NCBI GenBank assembly: GCA_963693365.1 | Contig: CAVNZM010000006.1 | Location: 5,373,264 to 5,437,263, forward strand | Length of the DNA: 64,000 nt | From: Amoebidium appalachense | Taxonomy: Eukaryota > Protista > Ichthyosporea | Direction: 5' to 3' | Shown: positions 13,590 to 27,183 of the stretch, one piece after another | How positions within the stretch are numbered: the stretch's first letter is position 1 | Layout of the letters: each line of letters starts with the position of its first letter | Position numbers and translations under genes: made by a program | Notes under the pieces: generated by a model | Told to the model about the DNA's origin: nothing | Databases searched by the model: none | Seen by the model: only the letters and a program-made list of their open reading frames with translations

Positions 13590-14400
13590 TCATTATGAGG
13601 CAGTCTGAAAGGAATACACAATATTCGATAATACTGCCTTCTTTGGTTGTCCACAAACGTCTATACTGTCAACTTCTTTAGGATTTTGGTGTATGCAAGA
13701 ACTTACAGCATCGTGCCAAAGAAAGTTGAGACGAATCATGAGCTATAATAGCTCTAAATATCTAAGTTTGGACTCACAGACTTTGCAAAAATACGGCAAA
13801 TATTTGCAGCACTATTGACTTGGTCAAGATAAGTTCACTGCAGGGCCATACAGACCAAAGACACACACGCACATGCAGGCACAAACACAGACGCACACAG
13901 ACACAAGGCACACAGGCACACACATACAAGCACAAATAGACACATGAATGCACGGGCATGAGTACACGCAAACACACACACTTCAATTTAAACACGTCTC
14001 CATGAGACATGGCACACGGCAACACCAAGCAAGTGTTCCTACCATCCAGCAATCACTAAAGAGAAAACCAGGTGCAAGAAAGTTTAACACAAACATCATC
14101 AATACAAACACACAAGCACATGCACACAACCTTCCTCTTTCCCTCATCTCCCCCCACCCCCCCTACCCCTCCTCCCCACATACACGTTAATACAAGACAT
14201 ACCTTCTCCCTTTGTGCGCCGAGGATTTTCAACGGCATTTTTCATCCTGCAGTTGCATGGCTGGTCCGTTTCGCACCCGTAAAGCCATTTTTTCCTTGGG
14301 TGATGTGTTAGTGCAAAACACGCTTTAAGAGTTGTGTTGTTACGTTCAGGCCTTCAGTTGAATACCGTACTGTATGCATAAAGCTTGACTAGTGCTGGTA
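13590..14400 (-). pseudogene. Possible decayed RhoGEF (DH-PH) fragment
   Basis: Frame-hopping minus-strand peptides FAVFLQS / CESKLRYLEL..LMIR / KFLHTPK / RRLWTTKEG / VFLSDCLI occur in the order of DH and PH consensus pieces. Multiple stops and frameshifts. Confidence 0.25.
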
Positions 14401-15089
14401 TTTGTGACACCCCAACGCTACCTCAAACATGTTACATGCTGATCTGAGAACGATCAAGACCGCTGAATTCAGAATAAATGCTGACGAGCCTGGCAGAACA
14501 GGTAGTTATTGTACAACAGGTGCTATTTTTCCGACAAAATCTTGAGGAGGCTCAGTTAGATCACGTGAATCACACTGTGTGAAGATGTTTTTTCAATTTT
14601 CAAGTGAGTTGTCGCAATGCAGTCTTGAGATCTAACTCCAATTCACTCCTTTCTGTACCGGACGCTGTGTGTTTTTGAATGATGGGGCCAGATCGCAAAA
14701 CAACCAATCAATGGCGGAGATTGCAAATTTTCAGATCGGTCCGATTTGCGGCACAAGAAATCAGACGTCGGCAATATTCCGGGTGCAAAGTTTGAATACC
14801 TAATCTTAAAGCCCTTGAATAGGCTAGATCTCTCAGCGTGGCTGAAAAATCAGTGCCCGGGGGGGGGGGTGCAGCTCAGGAAGTCAGAATGCCTGTGGGG
14901 GTCGAAGGGACTCCTTCAAGGGAGTGAGGAGGGGAAGCCTCAGTTGGGGGGGGGGGGGGGGGGGGGGATCTCGAAGGGGGCCAGGAGAGGAGGGAGGATG
15001 AACTAATTAGCTTCAGCTTTGAATAGGGGGAGGGAGCTGGGGCTCCGGGGGAGAAGGGGAACTTGAGTGGAGCAATGGGGGAATCGGAA

Positions 15090-15143
<54 letters not shown>

Positions 15144-15419
15144 AGGTTTCAATACCCTGTATCGGCTTTCCTGCTTGCCATTTAGCTGAAAGGTTGAGCT
15201 AATACATATTGGGTGTTTGAATAGGCAGACAGTACTCGTCTGTAAATTATGGCCAACACACCAGCTCTAATTAGAACTCAACAACAGTTGATAGTGACTC
15301 AACAGGAGATCAAAACACCGTGCACACAAGGGTCGGGAGAGCCAGGCCCAGCGTGCAGGGATTTGTAATTGGCGCAGGGGACCCCCGAGTCTCCGTCGCG
15401 GCGGAGAGTAAAGCCTCCT

Positions 15420-15498
<79 letters not shown>

Positions 15499-17403
15499 CC
15501 TCCTCCTTCCTCGGTTGTGGAGCACGAAATTGCAAGCCTTCGAAGGGCATGTCTTTAAACGGCTTCCAAACAAGAACTTAACGCTTTGGTAATAGAGCAA
15601 AGTATCCAAACTCAACTGCAGCAGGTAACCCGTCGGACTGCTAATATATAGGGGCAGAGGTAGGCAGAGAGAAGAGGGGGAGAGGGGGGGCGGGGGTAGG
15701 GGAAGGGGTTGAGTGAATAGAATGTGTTGCACGGTATCGGGGACAACGAACTTCGACAGGCAGGACTCAGCAACTCCAAAACACAGCAAGAAAAGGGGAA
15801 GAATCCGGAGGGGGCCGGGGGAGGGGGGGGGGGAAGGGGGGAGGATGAAGGGGGACCGTCACATCTTGATGCAGTGTGGAAGCAACTTCAAAGGCCCAAG
15901 CATGTTTGCACACTAATCATTTGTGTCGACACACTCGGAATTGATACAACGTGGGCTTCTAGATTGTACCCAGAGGATGTCCGGAAGAGGAGGATCGGAG
16001 GTGGGGACCGGGGGTGGAGGAGGAGGTGGGGGGAGGGGGGTTGTTCGCAGAATACTCGCGGAGCAGTTGTAGCAGGATAGTTTATATTATGGGCCCCGCG
16101 CGGATTCCCGTTGGCTCCCTGATTCTTGCTCGCCAAAAGCCTTTCGGTAGCAGAGGGGAGTAAGGCCGGGATGACGAGTCAATAGGGAGAGAGCCGGGGT
16201 TGGGGGGAGGAATCCGGAGGCCCGAGGAAGGTAGGCGTTTGCGTTGTGTGTGGGGGAGGGAAGGGGGAGGGAGGGGGAGAGAGGAAGGGATGGAGGGGGG
16301 GAGAGGGCTACATAGAGGTAGTGAGCTTTCAAGCCTGGTTTACTTGTGGTCTTAGCAGCCTGAGGGTTGTTATTAGAGAGCGGATTCGATGATAGTAGCC
16401 AAAAACATAAGCATCAACGAGGGGAGTGGCCTCAAGCACTCCAATACAGAACTCCGTCGTACTTAGTCTACTACTCTCTCTCCAAAATAAGACTCTAAGA
16501 TCACCAGCTGGAAGACGGCCCGGGTACCATATCAGGAGCGGGCAATTTTTGAATTCTCCCTCCCCGGCCCTGCCGGGGAAAATTTGAGGTTTTTGGACCT
16601 CAAAGAAGTCAAATCCTGCAAAATCCACTACCGGGAGGCCAAAAAGGGTGATTTTACAAAAAAGGAGGGACATACATGAAAAAGAGAAAATGGGCGAGTT
16701 CAGTGGGCTGCCGATAAGTATATTTCGTGCTGGGCCGGTATACATGCTGCCGTGGTTGTTGCTGTAGACGGCAGTATGGCATCGCATGTGTCACGTGACC
16801 TGCACGTGAATGCGACCATGTGCAGGCACTGAGTCTAGGGGGATTTGTATGTGTGTTTTGGAGCACCGACAAGGCAGAGCCAGGGTGAGGGATGTGTAAC
16901 ATGGAGTTTAGGGAGATCGTGCTGCTATTGTAACATGTGCACAAAACAGCCACGTGCACCGGCACACTCCGGTGTACAGAACAATAATATGCACATGCGT
17001 CACTGTAATATCATGTATGCGCATGCCGCACAAGGTTTAGGAGACCACCACAGTATATACTATTTTCTTTTGGTTGATATCCATGTAGGAATGGTGTGTT
17101 GCAGTTGTCATGATCAGCCTGAGGCAGGCACGTGCACTCACTGAATCACTAGAACTCATGAATAAAAAATACATTCGCTAAAAACGGCAAGGTAAATTTG
17201 GGGCCAAGCTATTATTTCCCCCTTTTTAACGGTTTTTTAGCTCCAAGAACTTCGACGCCAAAATTTCTATATTTGGCCATCGTATATGATAATGAACACG
17301 TGTACTTAAATTAAAGTAGTTATATAAATATGAGCGGCCCGTTACAAATACAGTGACGAAAAACAGTGACCCACGAGCAGTTTTTCTTTCTATCCCCCCC
17401 CCC

Positions 17404-17434
<31 letters not shown>

Positions 17435-17698
17435 ACACACACACCAGACACACACACCACCACCACGGTGACCACCACCACCACCACCACCACCACTCAC
17501 CCCTTAAAAAAACCACACACATACGTGCACGTGTACACACACACACAGAACACCACCACCACCTCCACTGGACCCCATTTCCTCGTTGTTTTCTTAAGCC
17601 TTCAGACCAGTCCTGCACACTGGAGTTAAACAATTGAATTCACCTAGGCTGACATGCATCCACCCCCGCCTTCCACTTCCCCCTCCCCCCCCACCCCC

Positions 17699-17737
<39 letters not shown>

Positions 17738-17911
17738 GATGAAGAAGGGCCCCCGTAAGCCTTGGGGGGGGGGGGAGGGGGGGGGGAGGGGAAGGGGGAG
17801 CTCTTGAGCCTCCGGGTAGGGAAGTGGGGTCCGGGGATCCGGAGAGGAGGGGGGGGGGGGGGGGGGGGAAGGGGCATATAATATTGGGCCTAGATATCAT
17901 AGTATGGGGCC

Positions 17912-17947
<36 letters not shown>

Positions 17948-18760
17948 GGATCCACGGGAAAGACCTTTAGGTGCATGTTCTTATTTATACCCCCTTCGAA
18001 TCTTCCCCCTCCCCCCCCCCCCTCCCCCCCTGAGTGCAGGCCGTGACGTAGCTACGATAACCCTGCAGAAGGCAACAAAAATGTATTAATTACTAGCACT
18101 ATACATGTGTTCATAGTGTAGCTTGCACCACGTATGATCTCAGCAACTTTAAAGTAGTCACAAAGTTTAGTTATTTTCATTATTTTCATTGCTCTGAACT
18201 CTATTACTCTGAAATGATCACCGTGCATGTGCCGCAAGATAACAACCCTATATGTGTGCAGCTGCTGCCTGCAGGTTAGACTCGCTGAAAAGACAATTGT
18301 CAGTGTGCATCCGACGCTTGCAGCTGCAGCTAGCCTCTGCAACATTAATACTTGCCAAGTGAATGCTCTTACACTTGATCATCATTCACTCAAAAAACCG
18401 AGGACCGACAGATTAAATATTAATGTCGATCCGAATGATCAGCAAGTGTCTATGCGTACTACTATATATACACACACGTAAAATGCGAAGCTATCAGTTA
18501 CAAGGCACACCTGCTGCACTGGCACACATACACATACACACCGGCAGATCGATGCTGTCAAAATTTACTTTCATGTACTTCGTAGGTCCGACACAGGTGC
18601 ACATGAACACGTACATATGTACAAGCCGCGCACACACCACACCACACATACACACACACACACACACACTCACACACACACACGCACACACGCACACACG
18701 CACACACGCACACACGCACGCACGCACGCACACACACACACACACGCACGCACGCGCGCG

Positions 18761-18826
<66 letters not shown>

Positions 18827-19260
18827 GACACACACACACACACACACATCACTGGGTGCGCTCGCTGGGGATTAGTTTTTTGGCACGCTGTTGACTTTAT
18901 CGTGTGTTTATTATTTGCTATTTATTGGCCAGCGGCCAACATTTAAAAATATACTATATACCTAAAAATAGATACTGACTACGGCCAGCAGACATTATAC
19001 ACCTTCCAGGACACATTAACACCAATAGTCTAACACACCATACTCTCGATCACAAAGAATTCCTAACAAACAGAGAAAAGTGCAAAGGCTCTGTACTATT
19101 ACTCAGATTCTAAATTTTAATTCTTTACAGTAAACTTCGGAATGAAAGCTAGCCCCCCCCCCCCCCCCCCCTCCCCCCTAACATGACTGTACGAAGAACA
19201 GGTATAACTTGAAGCACTACAACACATATGAGATCCGTTACATTGGTGTACATTCCAATA

Positions 19261-20934
19261 TTAGACACTAGTTTGGCTACTCTGACTACTCTGAGATCCT
19301 GATTGGCTGCCTGCAGACTTGCGGCCACGATTACTTTGCTTTCGATCGTGCCATTGCAGCTGCGTCTCTCCAGCAGGTGGCAACGCCAGGCCCAGCACAG
19401 CAGATGCACGAGAAGGGGGTGGGAACTGCCCACCAGCCGAGGGCTGGCCCACATGGCCCAAGTAAGGATGGGGACCGTGCTGCGGCAGTAGCCCAGGCAT
19501 GGGGAAGGCAGGGCCGGGCTGAGGCGGCATGATGCCCCACGGTGGGGGCCAGCCATGTGGGTGGTGCGGGCCTGGATGGGGTGCAGGGGGCATGTGCGGC
19601 ACATGGCCCTGCTGCATGTCAAGCGCGGGTGCTGGTGGCATGGCATCCTGATTGGCTGCAACCCAACGTGGGCAGCTCTTGGCCCGATTGGAGCCGGGGC
19701 AGCCCTTGCCCTGGCGGCCACACGTCTTGCAGGTCTTGGGGGCTCTCTGGGGTGGCTGCATAGGAGGGGGCACCGGCAAATCCATCTGCAGGGGCCCCTC
19801 AGGGCCAATGTTGCGATGCTTTTTGCCCACTAGCATGGGCAAGGGCCGCTCACGCTGCGCCCCTGCATCGACACCGTCTGGAACAGGGAGGGGTGGCAAG
19901 GGGGCAGGCCGTATGGTTGCTGGCACAGCGTCTGCCCTCTCCTCGCGCATACGCTTGCGGTGATCTGCCAGGCCCTCGTGTGTGGAGCGCTGTGCATGTG
20001 CCGTCTGCCAGGTCTTCCACTTGTCGAAATGCTTCTTGATGTAGGCCGCATCCTTCATGTAGATTCCCCCAGCCACAGAGGCAGCCTTGTTGAAGTCTTG
20101 GGCCAAAGCCTCGAACAGCTGGCCGTTGGGCTTTGCATGTGCCTTGTAGGTGCCCAGGAGCAGCGTGCTGAATAGCTTGCGCTCCTGAGGGGTAAGCACC
20201 GGAAGGAAGGGGATGGCCACATGTTGCTTCTGCGCCAGGAACTTGTAGTCGCCCCTCAGTGCAGGGTCCGGCTGTGGTGCACCACGCGCCACCTGGTTGC
20301 CCCACACCCCCATGGCAGCACCGTCACCCTCCTCGACCTCACAGTCCTCTGGCCCGCCCATCACGCCATTGGCTGCAGGCTCGATGTTATCAGACGGAGG
20401 TGGGGGTGCGGGCACCGCAACTGGCTCCTGCGCCGGGGCATTGGCCACACAGGAGAGCGGGGCAAAGTTGAAGTACTCCTCCGGTAGCTTGTAGCAGCCT
20501 ACGGGTACCCACTGGGGGTCGAGGTGATGGCCGTACAGCATCAGCGCCAGTGCCTCCATGTCGTCAACAATCCAGGGGCTGTAGTGGGGGGGCCCCGATG
20601 CCTGGCCCAGGCGGTTGCGGTAGTGTGCACGCAGGTTGTGGCGGTGGCGCCTATTGGACATGGTGGCGTCCAGCAGGCGCAGCGACATGCGTGTGGCCCC
20701 AAAGTGGGTGGCCAGGGGGTTGTGCACTGCCCCCTCCACCTCGTTGGTGCCCCGGATGCAGCGGTAGCGCATGAGCCCATCTGCGTCGGCAGTGGTCTCG
20801 TAGTAGAGGGGCAGGCCGGGGGGGTCCGACAGACAGCCATTTTGGGCGTGTTCGAGCAGCGACTGTGGGGGCACAAGCAAACATCAGAGAGATGGGTGGG
20901 TGGTGGTGGTGGTAGTGTGTGTGTATGTGTGTGT

Positions 20935-20985
<51 letters not shown>

Positions 20986-21057
20986 TGGGGTTGCTAAGGA
21001 AAAAAACGAGCAGGGAAAGGCAAAAAACAACTGGCTAGGCAGCAAGGGCCGTGCGGG

Positions 21058-21135
<78 letters not shown>

Positions 21136-21139
21136 ATGT

Positions 21140-21170
<31 letters not shown>

Positions 21171-21711
21171 AGGCTAGGGTGTGCGTGTGTGTGCAGATGA
21201 ACCAAGGATGACAAATAAGCGAAGAATCTTTTCTGTGGTGGTGGAGTTGTTGGGCGCCTGCAGGGGGGGGGGGGGGGGGGGGGATGTTGCCTCGAGTCTT
21301 TCAAAGCCATCCTTCTTGAACAGAGGCTTGCCATCCGGTCCGGGCGGCACATCCTTGTAGGTGTTTTTGAACTCCACCAGCCGCGAGACCAGCGTGTATG
21401 GGTCGGGAATAACCCGCCGGATGCGCTCCATGAAGTAGCTCAGGTCGCCGCCCTTGAGCTCGGTTTCAATGTCGATGCCCTTCTGCTCCAGCACCCCCTG
21501 TGAGGCAGGATGCCAATATTAATTTACTACGCACACTGCAATTTGGGTTTGGTAGACTTTGATACCTGCCGTTATTGTAGGACCCCTCCCCTCCACCCCC
21601 CCCATCTTCTCCCCCAACACAAGTAAAAAATGCATGTGGCTATTTCCCCCCACAACCCTACATTATTTCTCTCTAGGCATATGAATAACCCCCACTCTCC
21701 CTCCCCCCCCC

Positions 21712-21751
<40 letters not shown>

Positions 21752-22799
21752 TGCCCCCCCCTCTCTCTGAGGCTCAGGCTCTCTCTCTTCCCTCAGAAGT
21801 TTTGTCGAAGGTGTGCATGGTTGTGGGTGGAATGGTGAGTGTGTGCTAACGAGTGTATGTGTGTGTGCGCGTCAGTCACGCATGTTGTTGTTGCCGTTTT
21901 TTTTATTTTTATTTTTTATTTTTTATTTTGGGGGGGGGGGGAGGGGGGGGGGGCACCTTCACATGTCCGTAATCCTCTTCATTCCACACAAATATTGCCT
22001 CGCTGAGTGCGCGTGCGTACTCAGCCCTGCGGGGGTGTGACTTGTACGTGCCGTCCGCCGTGTTTGCAATGGAGTGGAAGGCGTCATTCAGCACAGTCTG
22101 CCACACCACCTCCCCAGGCGGTGCCTGGCCCAACATGCCCTCTCTGGGAGCTGCCTCGGGTCCCCCTGGGGCTGCCTCAAGGCCCCCCGGGGCTGCCTGG
22201 GGGTCCTGGGGGGGTGCCTGTGGGCCGGCAAGGGGTTGCTGCTGCTCGGCAGGGGGAGGACTGGCAGGGGGAGGGGCTGGGTCAGGGACCACCGGCACCT
22301 CGGCACCTGGGTCCGGTGGGGGCTGAATGGGCCGTAGCCACTGCAGGTGCACCATCAGCTCAAAGGGCGGCGGGCCCAGCTCTCCCAGGGTCTTGCCCTT
22401 GTCGGGGCCAAAGGGCACCTGCATGGCCGGCGACAGCACCTGATCCACCCGCACCACTGCATGCTTCTTGCCCACCTTCATGCCCCCCCAGCGCTCCGGC
22501 TGCACAGCCAGCACCACCCCGGTGGCTGCTGCAGCATGTGGGCCCCGCCGGGGCACAATCTCAACCCCTTCACCGAGTGCCTTTGCATGAAGCCGCGCTG
22601 CATGTCATAGAGGGAAGCAAAAAACTCAGCCAAAAAGCCACAGCACCAACGTTTTTCTCTTCGCTCCACAAAAATCAAATGCATATTCCTTAGCAACCCC
22701 CTTCCCCCCCCCCCCCCCCCCCCCCTTCTCCCTCCCCCCCCCCCCCCCTCTCCCAGTGCCCAGCTTGTGTGGCACTTGCACGTGTTAACAGTGCTATAG

Positions 22800-22833
<34 letters not shown>

Positions 22834-24453
22834 ACCACCACCACCACCACCACCAATCACCCCCTCCTTTGATAGCCACCCGACACCCAGCATAACACAA
22901 CTGGAACACTGGCCCATGTGGTCAGCCACCCCCCCCCCCCCCCCCCCCCCCCCCCTCCCCCCCCTCCCCCTCCCCTCTCCTCTGGGGGGCCCACAATCTT
23001 TCTATATCTGGCATAAGCACATAAGCACTGGGGCAAAAAGCAGGTGGGATACACACCTGACAGGTTTGGCCTATCGACCACGGCCGAGTAGACCTGCAGG
23101 GACGCATATGCATCAAGGGCAGCGTAGGTGGCCTGCACCTCTGATAGCGGCTCGTGCCAGTTGGAGCATCGAACAAGTGCCGGCTTGGGCAGCTTCTTGC
23201 CTATGACCTGGGCAGTGATGTCGGCCAAGCCCCGGGCCGCAGAGGTGATAGCTGCACGGGCATAGCAGAACCGGCCCAGCTCCAGATAGCTGGCCACAGG
23301 GGTGCCGTAGTCCTTGTTGAGGTGGGCCGAGTCCGTGCCGATCTGCTTGCCCACCTTGATGATGCTGGGGTCCCTAAGCAGCGCAATCAGCTCGTCCACC
23401 AGCCGCGCGGGCGGGCTGTGGTTGGGGCCCATGCGTGCCAAGTGGAAGATGTACACGGCCCGTGCGGTGGCAATCTGCAGCGTGCAAACCTTGGACCGCG
23501 CCTGGCCCACCCGATAGACCCACTCGCAGTCCAGCCCCACCACGCGGTGCTGCTGCCCCTCCAGGTCGGCACGAATGGCCGCTGTAGCCACCACCGCCCC
23601 CTGGCAGTCGGTGTACACCGGCTTAGGGTAGTTGGCCGGCAGCTCCAGCCCAGGCAGACCGTCCGTCACGCTTACCAGCGCAGCCTCGTTCAGACGGACG
23701 GGGCATTTTGGCCGGGCTAGGGTTGGAAACATGCGCTCAACAAACGCCCGGTCTTGGCAGCACCGATCTGTGTAGAAGAAGGCCGGGCCCTTGCTGTTGA
23801 GCGCCGCCGTGGTGGCAGAGATGCGCTGGATCACGGGCTCAATCTCCTGGTGGCTGCAGTCCCGTGTAAATACCTGCGCCCGGATCTCTGGGGTGCCGCA
23901 CTGTGTGAGAGGGCATCTCCGAGCAGCCATGCATGTTCTAGCTTCCCTTACCACATGGCCCTTCACGAGACTTCAGTGCCCACACAATCCTTTCCCCCTC
24001 CCTCCCCCCAAACCCATGTGCCCACATACTTTCCCCTCCCTCTCCCCCAAAACCCTTCCCCCTCCTTCCCCCCAAACCCATGTGCCCACATACTTTCCCC
24101 AGGCCTCCCTTTCCCCCAAAATCTTCCCCCCCCCCCTCCCCCCTAAACCCATGTACCTACAATCCTTCCCCCTTCCTCCCCCTAAACCCTTGTGATCACA
24201 ATCCTTTCCCCCTCTCTGCCTTCCCCCCAAACCCATGTGCCCACGATCCTTCCCCACTCCCCCTCCCCCCAAACCATGGGACAGCCCTCCATATGGCACC
24301 TACTGTCCCCCCCCCCCCCCCCCACCCCACCCCGGGCCTCTTGCCCTCTCTACCTTCAACCCCGACGGTGGTGTCTCTCCCCCCCCCCCCCCCCCCCCCC
24401 CCTGCATCCCTTGCAATCACTGGCCCCTACTCCCATTCTGCTTGGCAGAAGCT

Positions 24454-24515
<62 letters not shown>

Positions 24516-24748
24516 ATTCCCCGCCAAAAGAAAGCTCCACCCCAGCCCACCCCAATCTCTACCCAGCAAAAACACATACACACATATCTGGAGCTTCCTA
24601 GTTTTTGCTCGACAGGGCAAGAATTGTCCCCAAAACCCACATACTACAAACCTCTACTCACAGTGTGCCACCTCATTAAATGTGGAGCCTAAGAGATTTA
24701 AAGGCCCTAGAGGGGGGAGGGGGGGGGAGGGGGGGGGAGGGGGGGCGT

Positions 24749-24779
<31 letters not shown>

Positions 24780-25216
24780 GGGGGTGGGCGTGTGTGGGGG
24801 GGGGGGGAGGGGGGGGAAGGGGGCCTGGGGGAGAGTGGGGGGAGGGGGGAGAAGAGGAGGGACCACACACCGCCAAGCTCGTTTACACAAGTCCATAGGC
24901 CTCGGTACAGAGGCTCCCCATTGATGCCGGTGAGCTTCCCAATTTGGAAGGTGTGGTCGGCCTTGAGCACGTTGTTTACGGGCTTGAGCTGCGTGTCCAG
25001 GCTCTGGTACTTTGCCGTGCGGTCGCTGAACTCAGTATACACGGCACTCAGGTATTTGCCTGAACCCCAAGTACTGTTAGAACTCCACCACCCTCCCATC
25101 AGGACCATCCCCCCCATTCCCTCTAGTCCCTCGTGTTCATCTCACCTCTCTGTATTTTCGTAAGTCTGTATGGCTTTTCCCATCTCAAAAACGCTACACA
25201 CCCATCTCCGGCCGTT

Positions 25217-25260
<44 letters not shown>

Positions 25261-25447
25261 CCCCGCCTCCCGGCGCGCGCAAACCCTCCAAGTCATTGCA
25301 CCAACTTTCACCTTCTTTCCCCTTTGTGCCCCATCTGCAGTTTGTCCCCTGCACGTCCGTTTGCCCTTCCCCCCACACCCTCCTGCCACTACTATAATAA
25401 CCATTAAGTACCGCCACCAAGATCCAGTCTACCACCATGTGCCCCCC

Positions 25448-25489
<42 letters not shown>

Positions 25490-25638
25490 CTCTCCACCTC
25501 CTTTCCCCCAACACACACAGACACACATGCGCACACCCACCATCTAATTTCAGGCATAACAGTTCTCCACGATTTCCCAAGCACACTCACTGGTACATGG
25601 ACCGTTATGCTTTCACCCCTCTGATGATCCCTCTGCCC

Positions 25639-25674
<36 letters not shown>

Positions 25675-25760
25675 ACCACCACCACCACCACCACCACCAC
25701 CATGACTGATTGCCACCACCACCACCTAATCCATCACCATGTCCCCCTCCCCCTCCCCCC

Positions 25761-25791
<31 letters not shown>

Positions 25792-27183
25792 ACGGACCCA
25801 CAAGTACACGCACACTCACAGGCGCACATCCACCACCACACATCCACCACCACCATAATAGAAACTTATTGACCACACTTCCAAAACCCATTTCCAAGTC
25901 CCCCCCCCCCCCTAAAAAAAAAATAAAAAATAATAAAACAAAACCCTACCAAGCCAACCCAAAAAATGCCCAAGCACGTGCATACAAAACAATGGGGACC
26001 ATTTACACACCCAAAATGCAGTGCACACTTGCCTGAAGGCACATGTCCAGCGTAACCATTTTTGTCACCAAACGCCGAGAACTTAGCCGCCTGCTCCTCT
26101 GGGGGAAGTTCTGTCAGGCGCTGGTCGTGGGGGCGGAAATCGTTACGCTTTTTGAGTTCATACTTGGTCCAATGCAGCGCCCTCGAGTAATACAGGAGCC
26201 GCTGCTCGTCGTATCGCTGCTTGTGGAGCTCCGAGAGGAGGGTGGCAAAGGCGTTTGGGCCCACACCTTTGTCTGCCAGTGCACGCAACAATGTTACCAC
26301 CTTTAGGTCGAGCCCACTGCGGTGGCTAAGGTAGGCCGGAAACTGATCACGCATGAAGAGTGGAAGGCGTTTAATTGTCTGGGGGTTTGTGCCGGCAAAG
26401 TTTTTTTTGCATGTGTCACAAAAGTACCGGGCCGTGATAATGTAGTAGCAGCTGTCAAAGTCGATAACACGCCGTCCTACGGGGTTGCTCATGAACCCAT
26501 TGCGAGAAGTACGGTGTGGGTTGGGGTGGTTGTGGGGGTCCACGTAGTGATCATCGAAGGGGCACGGCACCATGAAACCGGGAGACAACCTTTCCGGAAG
26601 CCAGGCAAAACATCTGGGTTTGTAGAAAGGCGCTGGATCGCCCCCAAATTTAAAGCCTATAATGGGAGGTGGAAGATGCCACCCCACAGGCGTCTTCTCA
26701 TCTTTGAGACTCTCTTTCACTGTGTGCAGGTGCGACTTGATTGTTTCGCCCGCCGCGTCAGAAAACTCCTCTCCACCGTCATCCCCGTCCGTATTATCTT
26801 CTCCCTCTTCCTCCCCTTCATCCTCGTCTACCCGGTACGCATCTGCTGCTGCATTTAGCAAAGGTTCCTCGTCGGGTTGCACCTGTATGTCTGGTGGGTG
26901 TGGAGCAGGGGCCCGATCCATTTCTCTTGGTAACGAATGGACGCTACCTGCCTCAACTACACGGGCCCTTATGTCGGCGGCCTTAGATAGAGGGGGCTGT
27001 TCGGGTTGTACGTTTACGTTTAGTTCCTGCAAAACAGCTTTGTTTGCCGTCCCAAAACCTGCAAAGTTCGCTAAAGGCTGAACAAATGCAGCATCTTTTT
27101 TTTTTGCGCCCAGCTCCCTCCCTAGCTCCGCCTGTTTTATGCCCAGGGCGCTGTGTTGTGCCCTTAGGGCAGCCTGGCTTCAT
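19261..27183 (-). mobile_element. Zisupton/KDZ-like DDE transposase gene (~1540 aa, 6 exons) with inserted WRN-like 3'-5' exonuclease
   Basis: Exons 27183-26033, 25059-24871, 23887-23057, 22597-21957, 21497-21291, 20862-19261. Motifs in order: GGAREGAGRK hook; Cys-rich DUF6729-like region (FAWLP..CP..RRVIDFD..YFCDTC..FPAYLSHRSGLD); VLKADHTF; VNELGEIR; YTDRCC; exonuclease GLDCEW/IGTD/YAALDA; NDAFH; LSDPPG; CIRGTNEVEG; C-terminal CxxC..C..C. One frameshift in an A10 run near 27100. Termini not identified. Confidence 0.85.
23975..24290. repeat. Intronic minisatellite (CCCCCAAACCCATGTGCCCACA-type units)
   Basis: About 6 degenerate units, mirrored at ~35125-35340 in the inverted copy. Confidence 0.75.

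Noticed and set aside
14700-16560. Degenerate coding or TE-like fragments
   Set aside because: No identifiable domain in any frame.
16564-16738. Possible MITE with CCGGCCC(T/A)GC ends
   Set aside because: Only a ~10-bp imperfect IR, no TSD and no second copy.
27096-27105. Programmed frameshift at the A-run after GAGRK
   Set aside because: The run is A10 in one copy and A8 in the other, and A9 would restore the frame. A homopolymer indel (error or decay) is simpler. The same applies to the shifts near 56850 and 57150.
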